Shown here: positions 8,318 through 17,593 of the stretch, in pieces | How the letters are laid out: each line of letters begins with the position of its first letter | How positions within the stretch are numbered: position 1 is the first letter of the stretch | NCBI GenBank assembly: GCA_031416315.1 | Contig: JANOTL010000028.1 | Span: forward strand, 1 to 50,648 | Origin: Pseudomonadota bacterium | Lineage (GTDB): Bacteria; Bdellovibrionota_B; Oligoflexia; Oligoflexales; CAIYRB01 | Length of the DNA: 50,648 nt | Direction: 5' to 3' | Notes under the pieces: generated by a model | Seen by the model: only the letters and a program-made list of their open reading frames with translations | The model's database searches: none | What the model was told of the DNA's origin: nothing | Made by a program: the position numbers and the translations under genes

Positions 8318-10333
8318 ATGACGAATCGCGCGCGAATCGAGGTGAGGTTGCGCTGGGTGCGGGAACGGTTTGGCGTGCTCCTCGAGCGCGTGCGGTCCTT
8401 CGACGGCTTCGGCGTCCTCGTGCTCGCCGTTCTCGCGAGCGCGCTCTCGGTGCCGAAATTTGGCGAGTACGTCAATCGCGCCGGATTCTTCGAGCCGTTC
8501 ATGATCGTGCGCTCGAAGCTCGGCCTCGCGCCTAAGGTCTCGACGAAGATCGCGCTCGTCGTCGTCGACGACCGCTCCCTGCAGGTGCTGCAACGCATGC
8601 CGCAGCTGGCCGATTGGCAGCAAGTCGCGGCCTTGCTCGCGACGCGCGGCATCCAAAAAACCCTGCTCCTCGATTCGCCGCATCTCGCGTCGGAGCTCGG
8701 CGCGCTCGGCCCCCGGGATCCGCGGACGGCGATGTTCGGTGCCGCCGTCGCGATCGACCGCAAGATCAATGCGCGAACCGTCGCGGTCGACAAGGTCCCG
8801 GAGCGTCTCCTTCTCATGCCGTACGGCGCCGTCGGCAGCGCGGGCGGCGCTGCGATCGGGCTCGGAGCTCCCTTCATCCTGCCGCCGGCACCGGCCTCGT
8901 TCGACGTGCTGTCAGCCCTAGGCGACGTCAGCCCTCCGGCCGCGCATCTGGTGAAGCTGGGCGTTCCCCTCGCTAACGGCGGCGTCCTGCCGGCCCTGGC
9001 GCTGTATGCCGCTCGCGACCTGAAATTCGCGCACGGCGTCTTGCGCGAAGGCGACCGCGTCTTCCCGACGAGCGAGGACGGCGAGGTCTATGTCGATTAT
9101 CCGGATTTTTCCGAGGTGCTCTCGCGCGCGGTGAGCGTCACCTCGTTCTTCGACAGCCAAGGCGCGCATCCGCGGGCGGCGCTCGAGCCGCAGACGGCCG
9201 CCAAGCTCGACGGCGCGGAGATCGCGCTGCTCGTTCCCAACGGATTCTCCGGAGCGCGCTTCGTCGACGCGCCCGAGCGCAAGGTCCCGAGCTACGCGGT
9301 CACCGTCGCGCTGGTCAACAGCGTCGTCGCGGGAGAATTCCTGCACCGGCCTATCGCGTTCGCCTGGTTCGACGCGCTTCTGGCGGGCCTACTCGTCGCG
9401 GTTTTCGTCAGCTCGCCGGCGCGGCGAGCGCTTCTCGCCTGCGCCGGACTCGGCATCCTCACGATCGGCGGCGCAGCCCTCGCGCTCGCCAAGCTCGGGT
9501 GGGTTCTGCCCGCATCCCATGCCGGTGTTCTTCTGGGTGCTACCGTCGCGCTCGTCTCCGGACGCCATCTCCTCCAGGCCGTGCGCCAGCGACTGCGGCT
9601 CGAGCGTGACCTCGAGCTAGGGCAGACCGTGCAGAACGTGCTCCTGCCGAAGCGGCGTGAAGGCCGCCTCGGTCCCTGGCTCTACAGGATCAGCTTCAAG
9701 CCGTACGGGCCGATGTCCGGCGACTGGTTCCAGATCGCCGAGACGCCGGCCGGCGCGCCGCGCCCGATGGCGATCATCGCCATCGGCGACGTCGTCGGCA
9801 AAGGCCCGAGCGCCGCGCTCATCACCTCAGCGATCGCCGCTCTGTGGCAGCAGCATGAGGATCGCTGGCAAGCCGGCGCGCTCGAGCTGGGCGAATGGTG
9901 CCGCCTCCTCAACCGCGTCTTGCATCGCACCTTTCACGGCACGCAGAATACCACCTTGAGCATCGTGCTCCTGACCGAGACCGAGCTTTGGATCGCGTCA
10001 GCGGCCTCGCCGCACTGGATGTCTTTGTCGAACGAGACGCGCAAGGCCGTCGACCTGCGGCTCACCGCGTGCAACCCGGTCGGGATGATGGCGAACCTCG
10101 ACACGCTGGAGGTTCGCCGCATCGCCGCGAAGGAAACCGACCTGCTCGTCGTGTTTACCGACGGCGTCATCGACGGGAGCAAGGGCAGAAACCTCCTCCG
10201 CAGGGCCATGCTCGAGCTCACGCCGGAGTCTCCGGACTACATGGCTGCAATCGAGGCTGCCGCGACGGCAGCAGGCGCTGCGGACACTCTGCCCGACGAT
10301 GCGACGATCTTGGCCATCCGCCGCGTAGCCTGA
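8318..10333 (+). CDS. CHASE2-like sensor plus SpoIIE/PP2C Ser/Thr phosphatase
   Basis: N-terminal TM, IALVVVDDRSL, three TMs, coiled coil ELGQTVQNVLLP, SGDWF, IGDVVGKGPSAAL, FTDGV, DDATILAIR. Confidence 0.85.
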   Translation: MTNRARIEVRLRWVRERFGVLLERVRSFDGFGVLVLAVLASALSVPKFGEYVNRAGFFEPFMIVRSKLGLAPKVSTKIALVVVDDRSLQVLQRMPQLADWQQVAALLATRGIQKTLLLDSPHLASELGALGPRDPRTAMFGAAVAIDRKINARTVAVDKVPERLLLMPYGAVGSAGGAAIGLGAPFILPPAPASFDVLSALGDVSPPAAHLVKLGVPLANGGVLPALALYAARDLKFAHGVLREGDRVFPTSEDGEVYVDYPDFSEVLSRAVSVTSFFDSQGAHPRAALEPQTAAKLDGAEIALLVPNGFSGARFVDAPERKVPSYAVTVALVNSVVAGEFLHRPIAFAWFDALLAGLLVAVFVSSPARRALLACAGLGILTIGGAALALAKLGWVLPASHAGVLLGATVALVSGRHLLQAVRQRLRLERDLELGQTVQNVLLPKRREGRLGPWLYRISFKPYGPMSGDWFQIAETPAGAPRPMAIIAIGDVVGKGPSAALITSAIAALWQQHEDRWQAGALELGEWCRLLNRVLHRTFHGTQNTTLSIVLLTETELWIASAASPHWMSLSNETRKAVDLRLTACNPVGMMANLDTLEVRRIAAKETDLLVVFTDGVIDGSKGRNLLRRAMLELTPESPDYMAAIEAAATAAGAADTLPDDATILAIRRVA

Positions 10334-10345
10334 TATCGTCTACCT

Positions 10346-10840
10346 ATGGCACGGCTAACGGTGAAAAAATCCTCCGAGACGCTCCCTGACGGCGCAGGCG
10401 CGGTCTACGTCCTTTCCGGCAGCTTGGCAGAAGGTGCCGCCGCGAGCCTGAGGGCCGGGACCTCGGGCGCCCCGGCACTCTGCGTCTTTGACTGGGACGC
10501 CGTCATCCTCGCCAGCAGCGACGGCCTGCGCGAATGGATCGACTTCCTGCGCGCGTTCGCGCCGAGCCGTTCAATTGTGTTCCGTCGCTGTCGCCCCGCG
10601 ATCGTGACATCGTTCAATCTAGTCCCCGCATGCACGAATGGCGTTGCAGTCAGTTCCTTATACGGCGCCTTCATCTGTCCCGAATGCCAAAAGGAACATG
10701 ATGCGCTCCTGCAAGTCGGCAAGGACGTCAGCGCGGCGACTGGTCTGACGCGAGTCGTCACCTGCGCCTGGTGCGGCAACGCGGAAGCCGAGCTGAATCT
10801 TCCCGAGGACGATTTTTTCCGCATCCTCGGGCCCGGCTAA
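10346..10840 (+). CDS. STAS-like protein with C-terminal zinc ribbon
   Basis: LSGSLAE, FDWDAVILASSDGLREW (STAS Ser motif), CPEC and CAWC. Confidence 0.75.
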   Translation: MARLTVKKSSETLPDGAGAVYVLSGSLAEGAAASLRAGTSGAPALCVFDWDAVILASSDGLREWIDFLRAFAPSRSIVFRRCRPAIVTSFNLVPACTNGVAVSSLYGAFICPECQKEHDALLQVGKDVSAATGLTRVVTCAWCGNAEAELNLPEDDFFRILGPG

Positions 10841-10844
10841 AGCG

Positions 10845-13172
10845 ATGGTCGTTCACCGAGCCAAGAGCGAGAACAGCGGGCAGCTCTATCAGAAGACGCA
10901 GGGCTCGGCCGCGCGCATAGAGATCCTGCGCGAGCTTCGGCGCAAGGGCGAGCCCCTGCCGCAGAGTCTGGTGCGCGACCTTTTGGAGATCGAGCTGCCG
11001 ACGAGGGAGCTTACGCTCGCGCTCGCGGTCTGCGACCCTTCGCACGGCGATGCGTTCGAGGAGCTTCTGCTTGCTCGCATCGGCGAGCGCGATCAGCCGG
11101 TCGCCTTGCTCTGCCTCGACGCGTGGCGACGGCATACGCCGCGACGGCGCTGGCGCGAGATCGTCCGGGCGGCGCCGGAGCTTTCGCGCCGGGAGGGCAC
11201 GTTGGCGTGGCTCGTGGAGCATGCTTGGCACGCCGGCGGCGCCGACCTCCTTCGCGCCGTAGTCGCCGAAGTTCCGCTAGGGGAGGTGAGCGAGGTCGTC
11301 CTCGCCGCGTTGCTGCACCGCCTGCTCCAGTGGTCGATCGCAGACGAGAGTGCACTCGCCGAGGCAGAGCGTATTCTGGCGCGCGCGCATGCGAACGTCA
11401 CGCCCGGCGTCGCGACGGCGTCGGCTTGCGCCTACGTCTTGCGCTTCGGCCCCGGGACGCTCTTCGACCTGATCGGCGGGCCGTTGCCGCCGCGCCAAGC
11501 AATCGACATGGTCGACGCTTATCACCATCTTTGGCTCGAGCGAGGCGCGACGATCGACGCGCTCGCCCGGTTCGCGGCTGCGCCGCCGGTCGAGCCAGTT
11601 GCCTTCTTTCGCGAGCTCAATCGACGTTGGCCGCCGCTCTGTCTGCGGCACGAGATCCCGGCGACGCTCGCGGGGCAGGTGATCGCCGAAGTTCTGAAGC
11701 GCCCCCGACCCGGCTCGCCGGAATTGCCGACCGCGCGACGTTTGAGCTGGGAGTGGCTCGCCGGTTTGGGGGCGGACTCCCTCGCAACCGCCACGTCCGC
11801 GCTTTCCGAAATCGTCGGCCTCCTTCTTCCCGCGCCCTCGGAGGCCGCTCCCGATTCCGAGCGGCCGCCGCGACCGGACAACACCGTTCGCACCGCTTTG
11901 ATCGCGCGCTTGTACCTCGATGCGGAAGCCGAGGTTCCTAAAGGTGAAACGCCATGGCGAGCCCTTCTGTTGGCCACGGCTCGATCCACGCAGTCGCCCG
12001 ATTCCGTCGCTGATTCTGGCCCCGTTCCCGACGCGGAGCTTGCCTCGGCCTTGAGACGGATTCCGCCCGTCTTCCGCCAGGTCGCCGCCCGCTTCGTGGA
12101 GACCCGCCGCCCTAGCCCTGCCCTGATCCCGGAGCTCCTTCCGTGGCTGATCGGCGCCGAGCCGCACGACCTCCCCGCCATCGTGCGCGCGCTCGCCGCG
12201 ATCGGCACTCCGGCGGCTCTGACGCCAGCTCTTCGCCTTCTATCTGATGATGCGACCCCTCCCGGCACTGCGCTCGAGCTCGCCCAGACTCTCGCGGCGC
12301 AGGATCTCGGCTCGGTGCGCGGAGACGTGCGTGCCGCACTCGAGTATCTCACGAAAGACGAGCGCAGCGCCTCGCGTGCTCGCCGAGAGCTCATCGATGC
12401 CGTGCGCCTGCTTCTCCAGCCCGGTGCGAACGAGGCTCCGGCGGCCGACGCTGCGACCGTAACCGACGCCGCGACCCTGGCCCGCGTCGATCGCGAGATC
12501 GCGGCGCTCGTGCCGCTTCTCCCGACCCTGCCGGCCGACGTCGTGCGATCTTTGCGCACGGCGCGTCTCGTCCAGCACTCGCTCGAGACCCTCTTAGGTC
12601 AAGGCTCCGTCGACGCGAGCCCGGCGGTGGACCTCCAGTACAAGGCACTGGAGATCCTACTGCGTCGCCGCTTCCTCGCCTCGACGCAAGCTTTGATCGA
12701 CGATCCGCGCGCGCCGCTACAACGTCGTCTCGACGCGATCGGTTACGGCGGCGTCGGCCGCAATCGCGTCGAGGCGTTCGAGAGCCATCTCGCTGCGCTC
12801 CCTGCCGTCCGCGATCTGCCGAGCTTCGGCGCCATGAAGCTCAACAAGCTCCTGACCTCGCTCGCGCAGCACCGGCCCGGCCGCCGCTTCTCCCTGGAGG
12901 GATTGAAAGCGTTCATGCTCTTCTTTCTCGCCTTCGGTCGCTCGCGTTGCGAATTCGGCCTCGGGGGAGCCTACGCCGTCGGCGTCGAAGACGATGCCGC
13001 GCTCTTCGAGCTGTGTCGCGACATGAGCCTTTTCCATGACCTTCGTAACGTGGCGGTCCACGAGGGCCTAGCCTCAGCCTCCAGACGCGACGTCGAGGCG
13101 CTCTGGAGCATGACCAACGCGCTCGTCGCACGATTCGAGGCGGCGGCTCACTTCGGCACGGCGGTCAGATAG
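10845..13172 (+). CDS. HEAT-like helical protein with C-terminal HEPN-like domain
   Basis: Leu/Ala helical repeats (AIVRALAAIGTPAAL); DASPAVDLQYKALE ... LRNVAVHEG (RxxxxH at 13044-13061). Confidence 0.65.
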   Translation: MVVHRAKSENSGQLYQKTQGSAARIEILRELRRKGEPLPQSLVRDLLEIELPTRELTLALAVCDPSHGDAFEELLLARIGERDQPVALLCLDAWRRHTPRRRWREIVRAAPELSRREGTLAWLVEHAWHAGGADLLRAVVAEVPLGEVSEVVLAALLHRLLQWSIADESALAEAERILARAHANVTPGVATASACAYVLRFGPGTLFDLIGGPLPPRQAIDMVDAYHHLWLERGATIDALARFAAAPPVEPVAFFRELNRRWPPLCLRHEIPATLAGQVIAEVLKRPRPGSPELPTARRLSWEWLAGLGADSLATATSALSEIVGLLLPAPSEAAPDSERPPRPDNTVRTALIARLYLDAEAEVPKGETPWRALLLATARSTQSPDSVADSGPVPDAELASALRRIPPVFRQVAARFVETRRPSPALIPELLPWLIGAEPHDLPAIVRALAAIGTPAALTPALRLLSDDATPPGTALELAQTLAAQDLGSVRGDVRAALEYLTKDERSASRARRELIDAVRLLLQPGANEAPAADAATVTDAATLARVDREIAALVPLLPTLPADVVRSLRTARLVQHSLETLLGQGSVDASPAVDLQYKALEILLRRRFLASTQALIDDPRAPLQRRLDAIGYGGVGRNRVEAFESHLAALPAVRDLPSFGAMKLNKLLTSLAQHRPGRRFSLEGLKAFMLFFLAFGRSRCEFGLGGAYAVGVEDDAALFELCRDMSLFHDLRNVAVHEGLASASRRDVEALWSMTNALVARFEAAAHFGTAVR

Positions 13173-14452
13173 CAAAGAAACGTGCTGGTGGGACCGTACT
13201 CGTTCCGGAGCCAGCCGGCCTGAAAGATCTTGAGCTCGTCGGCCGCGACTTTGGCGGTCGCGCAGGCCTCGGCATTGCCGCGCGAGCAAGCACCGTTCCA
13301 CAACGAAAGATCCTTCAGCTTGTGAAGATACGAAGACATGTAGCTGAAGCTGGCGCCAGTAGTGACTTTCTGCGTTGTCGTTTCTGCGGCCAAGCAACCG
13401 GCGCGCAACTCCGACGTAGCCGAGGCGAGCGGCACGACGCAGGCGTCCATCGGCAATCGAGCCTTATGCCGGACGATCGCGGTGTTGTAAGCGGATTGCT
13501 CAGTGCTGATCACCCCGCAAGCGCCCGTGTCTCCGGCAGAGCAGTGCGAGGCGAAGACGAGCGACGCATCGTAGTGCGCGCGAGCGCTGTAAGCCTCGGT
13601 GGCGCGGCCTCGGCTCGCGGCGCTAAACCTCAAGGCGCAAAGGCCCGCGTCGACCAGGGCTTTCACTTTCGGGTCGTCCTTGGCTCCCAACACCACGAGG
13701 TTGTTCGCGACATCGACGTTCACGAACGACTTGTTGTAGCTCGAGGTGTTCGTCGCGGACGGCGTCCCCCCGGAGATGTCGCTTTCGATGGACAACCAGT
13801 AGCTCGTGCTCATGTAGCTCGCGAACGCGATTTTTTTGGGTTCCACTCCGTCGGGTGGCGGCGCTGGCGCTTGGTCGACGATTGCGCCTTCGAGAGCTCC
13901 CGACGGATCTTTGACCGCGAGCTCCTTAAACGCTGGGTCGGCGCGCCAATCGAAATTCGTGAGCTCGGTCGCGGCGGTCTTGGCCTTGCCGTCGATCGTG
14001 AAGCTCAGCTCGATCCTCTGCAGCTCGTCCAGGAGGGCAAGGTCGGCGACGAAGCCGAAGTGCCAGGGCGAGGTGGCCGCTTTCTTGTCGACTGGCGTCG
14101 CGGCCCGGGTCCCGGACTTCGTTTCGAGCGACGCCGTAACGTCTTGCGCCGGAACGATCTTGTCGTCCGCGTCCTTGATCACGCAGGCGGCGACGCCCGC
14201 TTCGAGCGCATCGCCGTCGGCCGTAAAGCTGGTTTCGGTATCGTCGGAGCAGAAGGCCACGTACAGGTTCAAGAGCACCGGCTCCTCGACCTCGGGCTCG
14301 TCGGACGAGCTTCCGTCCGTGCTCGTCTTGTCCTTGCTGCTGTCGGACGAGGTCGACGGCGTCTTCGGCTTCGCGATCGTCGCACCGCTACTGCTGCAGC
14401 CGAGCGGCGCCAAGGCGAAGAGGAGAGCCAAGCTGGTGAGAAGATGAAGCAT
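13148..14452 (-). CDS. Lipoprotein: shared N-terminal domain plus Cys-paired helical C-terminus
   Basis: Lipobox PLGC; N-domain aligns with 5583..6698; two CSxGxxxAC motifs; alternative start GTG 14461. Confidence 0.75.
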   Translation of the reverse strand: MLHLLTSLALLFALAPLGCSSSGATIAKPKTPSTSSDSSKDKTSTDGSSSDEPEVEEPVLLNLYVAFCSDDTETSFTADGDALEAGVAACVIKDADDKIVPAQDVTASLETKSGTRAATPVDKKAATSPWHFGFVADLALLDELQRIELSFTIDGKAKTAATELTNFDWRADPAFKELAVKDPSGALEGAIVDQAPAPPPDGVEPKKIAFASYMSTSYWLSIESDISGGTPSATNTSSYNKSFVNVDVANNLVVLGAKDDPKVKALVDAGLCALRFSAASRGRATEAYSARAHYDASLVFASHCSAGDTGACGVISTEQSAYNTAIVRHKARLPMDACVVPLASATSELRAGCLAAETTTQKVTTGASFSYMSSYLHKLKDLSLWNGACSRGNAEACATAKVAADELKIFQAGWLRNEYGPTSTFLCYLTAVPK

Positions 14453-14460
14453 CTCCAGCA

Positions 14461-14488
14461 CAATCGGCAGATTCCCCCGAAGTTCTTA
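14461..14488 (-). promoter_or_regulatory. sigma28-like promoter
   Basis: TAAG-N16-GCCGATTG, 8 nt before ATG 14452. Confidence 0.55.
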
Positions 14489-14550
14489 GGGCTTCGGCGT
14501 CGGGCGGAATATGTTCAAGCGGATTGCGCACTTCCTGGTATAGAAAGCGC

Positions 14551-15183
14551 ATGCAACATGGCTACGACCAAGTCGCCCCCGAATACGCGCGCCGCATTGC
14601 CGGCGAGCTGGCCGGCAAGCCTGTCGACCGCGCGCTCCTCGATGGGTTCGTCGCAACCTTCGGCGCTCTCGGCCCGCTGTGCGATCTCGGCTGCGGCCCC
14701 GGCCACGTCGCGCGCTACTTGAGGGATCGCGGTGCGGCGAGCGTCTTGGGGATCGACCTCTCCGCCGGGATGATCGACATGGCCCGCGCAATGAACCCCG
14801 ACCTCCCTTTCGCAGAAGGCGACATGCTCGCCCTCGACGTGCCGGACGAAAGTTGGGGCGGCATTGTCGCCTTCTATTCGCTCATCCATGTCGATGCTTC
14901 GTCCCTCGGCGCTTGCTGTCGTGAGCTGGCCCGCGTCCTGCGGCCAGGCGGCGGCCTCCTCGTCTCGTTCCACATCGGCGAGGAGACGCTCCACCTCGAG
15001 GAATGGTGGGGGCACGAGGTCAGCCTCGATTTTCACTTCCTCCTTCCGGCGGCGATCCGACGCCACCTCGAAGCAGCCGGCCTCAGCGTCGAGCAGGTGA
15101 TCGAGCGCGAGCCGTACGCGCCCGAGATCGAGCAACAGAGCCGGCGTGCCTACGTCCTGGCGCGCAAGGGGCCGCGAGGGTGA
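14551..15183 (+). CDS. Class I SAM-dependent methyltransferase
   Basis: CDLGCGPGH, GIDLSAGM, GDM, FYSLIH, RVLRPGG. Confidence 0.9.
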   Translation: MQHGYDQVAPEYARRIAGELAGKPVDRALLDGFVATFGALGPLCDLGCGPGHVARYLRDRGAASVLGIDLSAGMIDMARAMNPDLPFAEGDMLALDVPDESWGGIVAFYSLIHVDASSLGACCRELARVLRPGGGLLVSFHIGEETLHLEEWWGHEVSLDFHFLLPAAIRRHLEAAGLSVEQVIEREPYAPEIEQQSRRAYVLARKGPRG

Positions 15184-15758
15184 AGATCCGCGCCGTCATT
15201 TTCGACCTCGACGGAACCCTGGCCGACTCCCGGCTCGACTTCGCCGCCATGCGTCGCGACGTCGGCTTGGCCGACGGGGTGCCGATTCTCGAAGCCTTGA
15301 CCCATCTCGAGGAAGACGCGCGCGAGCGTGCTCACGCGATCATTCTCGCGCACGAGCTCGCCGGTGCGCGTCGCGCGACGCCGATGCCCGGCGCCCGCGC
15401 GCTCGTCGACCTTTTGCGCGCCCGGGGCTTACGCATCGGCATCTTCACGCGTAACGCCCGTATCGTGACCGAGCTCACACTGGAGCGGCTCGAGCTCGCG
15501 GTCGACCTCATCGTTGCGCGCGAGGATGCGCCGCCGAAGCCCGCGCCGGATGGCCTCCTCTGGCTCCTTCAAAGTTGGGGCTTGGCCCCGCACCAGGCGC
15601 TCTACGTCGGCGACTACCTCTACGACGTCGAGGCGGGCCGCCGGGCCGCCGTTCGCACCGTGCTCTACGCGCCGACGCCGCCTGATTTCGCTCACGACGC
15701 CGACGAGATCATCGAAGACCTCGCGGACCTCCCCGCGCTCGTTGGCGGTGGCGGCTGA
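15180..15758 (+). CDS. HAD-family hydrolase
   Basis: GTG start overlapping previous stop; FDLDGTLADS, FTRN, KPAPDG, YVGDYLYD. Confidence 0.88.
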   Translation: MKIRAVIFDLDGTLADSRLDFAAMRRDVGLADGVPILEALTHLEEDARERAHAIILAHELAGARRATPMPGARALVDLLRARGLRIGIFTRNARIVTELTLERLELAVDLIVAREDAPPKPAPDGLLWLLQSWGLAPHQALYVGDYLYDVEAGRRAAVRTVLYAPTPPDFAHDADEIIEDLADLPALVGGGG

Positions 15759-15890
15759 GCTCGAAACCGCTCCGCACGGCTTTGAAACACGAGGGAAAAG
15801 ACTGGGTTTCGGCTAATTCCCTTGCCTCCTTCGGGACTTGGCGCTAGACCAGGCGCGGGCGGTCGCGGCCTCGTGAAGGAGGGTCGAGCC

Positions 15891-16235
15891 TTGCGGATTC
15901 TCATGGTGGAGGACGATGCCGATCTCGTCTTTTTGATGCGCTCCGCGCTCGAAAAGAGCGGTCACGTTTGCCGTGACGCCGCGTCCCTCGCCGACGGTCG
16001 CGTCCTGGTTTCTTCGGAGGGCTTCGACTGCCTGCTTCTCGACCTCGTGCTGCCTGACGGCAACGGTATGGACCTTCTTGCCGCCGTCGCGTCCGGGCGC
16101 AATCGCGGCGTCGCGGTCATTGTCGTCAGCGGTAACGTCGAAGCCCACATGCTCGAGGACCCGCGAATCAAAGCGTGCTTCCAGAAGCCCTATGACTTGC
16201 GCTCGCTCTTACGCTGCGTCGAGGCCGTCGCATGA
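15891..16235 (+). CDS. Single-domain response regulator
   Basis: RBS AAGGAGG then TTG; VEDD, LLLDLVLPDGNG, VVSG, QKP. Confidence 0.85.
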   Translation: MRILMVEDDADLVFLMRSALEKSGHVCRDAASLADGRVLVSSEGFDCLLLDLVLPDGNGMDLLAAVASGRNRGVAVIVVSGNVEAHMLEDPRIKACFQKPYDLRSLLRCVEAVA

Positions 16236-16792
16236 TCGGCTCCGGCAGCAAGTTGTGCGCTTTCGGCGACTTCTTTCGGAACTCGCTGACGCTCGTCGAC
16301 CTTACCGGCGCGGATCAGCCGCTCGTCTATGTGAACCGCGCGTTCTCGGAGATGACCTGCTACGGTCAGGCGGAGATCTTGGGCCGCAACTGTCGCTTCC
16401 TGCAAGGTCCCGGCACGGCACGCGAAGACGTCGCGCGCGTGCGCGAGGCAATCGCCACTAAAGCCGCCGTTTTCTGCGACCTTTTAAATTATCGCAAGGA
16501 CGGTAGAGCCTTTTACAACCGGCTCGTGCTGCTACCGATCGTCCTCGACGACCGTCCGCACATGATCGGAATGCAGCTCGACGTCACAGCCTCCGTCGGA
16601 GCGGCCGCGGAGCGTGGCACGCCTTTCGACGCGTTGAAAGCCAGCGACATGATCCGCGATCGGATCAACACGCCGCTGATGAAGATTCTAAACGCGCTCG
16701 AGCACGCCGATTCCGCCGTCGCCGCCGTGATTCTGGAGCGCTCGTTCACACAGATCGCCGATGCGGTTTCAGCGCAACCTTTCCGCGCGTGA
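16232..16792 (+). CDS. Short LOV-domain (blue-light/flavin) protein
   Basis: GRNCRFLQG, NYRKDG, IGMQLDVT; ATGA overlap with REC gene. Confidence 0.88.
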   Translation: MIGSGSKLCAFGDFFRNSLTLVDLTGADQPLVYVNRAFSEMTCYGQAEILGRNCRFLQGPGTAREDVARVREAIATKAAVFCDLLNYRKDGRAFYNRLVLLPIVLDDRPHMIGMQLDVTASVGAAAERGTPFDALKASDMIRDRINTPLMKILNALEHADSAVAAVILERSFTQIADAVSAQPFRA

Positions 16793-16935
16793 CGATGGCG
16801 TGACGTGCCGCATTCTAGTGCTGAAACGTCAAGCCTACGCCCCAATGGCTGCCGAAGCGCCCGAAGCCGATCCCCGCGCGAGGCCGTGATGCATCGGCGC
16901 CAAGGCGCGATGCGCGCGGGCCGGCGCGAGTACAG

Positions 16936-16960
16936 AAAAACCCTCGAATGACGAGGGTTT
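16936..16960 (-). terminator. Terminator after tRNA-Asp
   Basis: Minus strand AAACCCTCG-TCATT-CGAGGGTTTTT. Confidence 0.7.
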
Positions 16961-16973
16961 AGAGAAAAAAAAG

Positions 16974-17050
16974 TGGCGGGATGGACGGGACTTGAACCCG
17001 CGGCCTCCGCCGTGACAGGGCGGCGTTATAACCAACTTAACTACCACCCC
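16974..17050 (-). tRNA. trnD: tRNA-Asp (GTC)
   Basis: GGGGTGGTAGTTAAGTTGGTTATAACGCCGCCCTGTCACGGCGGAGGCCGCGGGTTCAAGTCCCGTCCATCCCGCCA; 77-nt cloverleaf with encoded CCA. Confidence 0.97.
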
Positions 17051-17066
17051 GCATGGGTGAGGCCAG

Positions 17067-17096
17067 AATATAGCGACCGGTCCGGGGGGGCGTCAA
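17067..17096 (-). promoter_or_regulatory. sigma70 promoter of tRNA-Asp
   Basis: TTGACG-N18-TATATT with GC-rich discriminator. Confidence 0.6.
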
Positions 17097-17113
17097 CGGA
17101 CAATTTTAGGAAA

Positions 17114-17593
17114 TCAGGGGGTCGCCGAGGCGGCGCGGGTGCCGCAGGTGAAAACCTTCTCGCGCGCCGTGCCGACGCTGGATTTCAGCCAGCAGTCGTC
17201 GTAGCCGCCGAGATGGGCGAAGGCCTTGCACTTCGGCTCGCCCAAGCATTCCTTGCCGCAGAGCTCGCCTGACTTTACGTGCGTCACGCGCCTGAGGTCT
17301 TTGCCCGAATAGTCGCGGTCGAAGGCGGACTCAAGCACCGCGCCGTTGCGGACCTCGCCCGCGTAGAATCGGAGCTTCGCCTGCTTCCCCGGCTCGCCTT
17401 TCAAGAAACAGCGGTTCCATCCGGAAATGAAGACGTAGGCGCGGCACTTGTCCACGCCTGCGCAATGAACTTCGCAAGCGTCGACGCTCTCGGCCTTAAG
17501 CGCGTCGGCGACGTTCTTCGCTTGCGGCAGATCGCAATGCGGCACGCGCGTGAACGCAATGCCCAGGAAAACGGCCAGCGTCGCGAGGCTCAT
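17114..17593 (-). CDS. Secreted tandem PAN/Apple-domain protein
   Basis: Two C-x3-C-x5-C..C(F/W)LK units, DYSGKDL; hydrophobic N-terminus; coupled to XRE gene. Confidence 0.8.
   Translation of the reverse strand: MSLATLAVFLGIAFTRVPHCDLPQAKNVADALKAESVDACEVHCAGVDKCRAYVFISGWNRCFLKGEPGKQAKLRFYAGEVRNGAVLESAFDRDYSGKDLRRVTHVKSGELCGKECLGEPKCKAFAHLGGYDDCWLKSSVGTAREKVFTCGTRAASATP

Noticed and set aside
16974..17050. tRNA-Asp as an island integration site
   Set aside because: No integrase, and no duplicated tRNA 3' end noticed in the window
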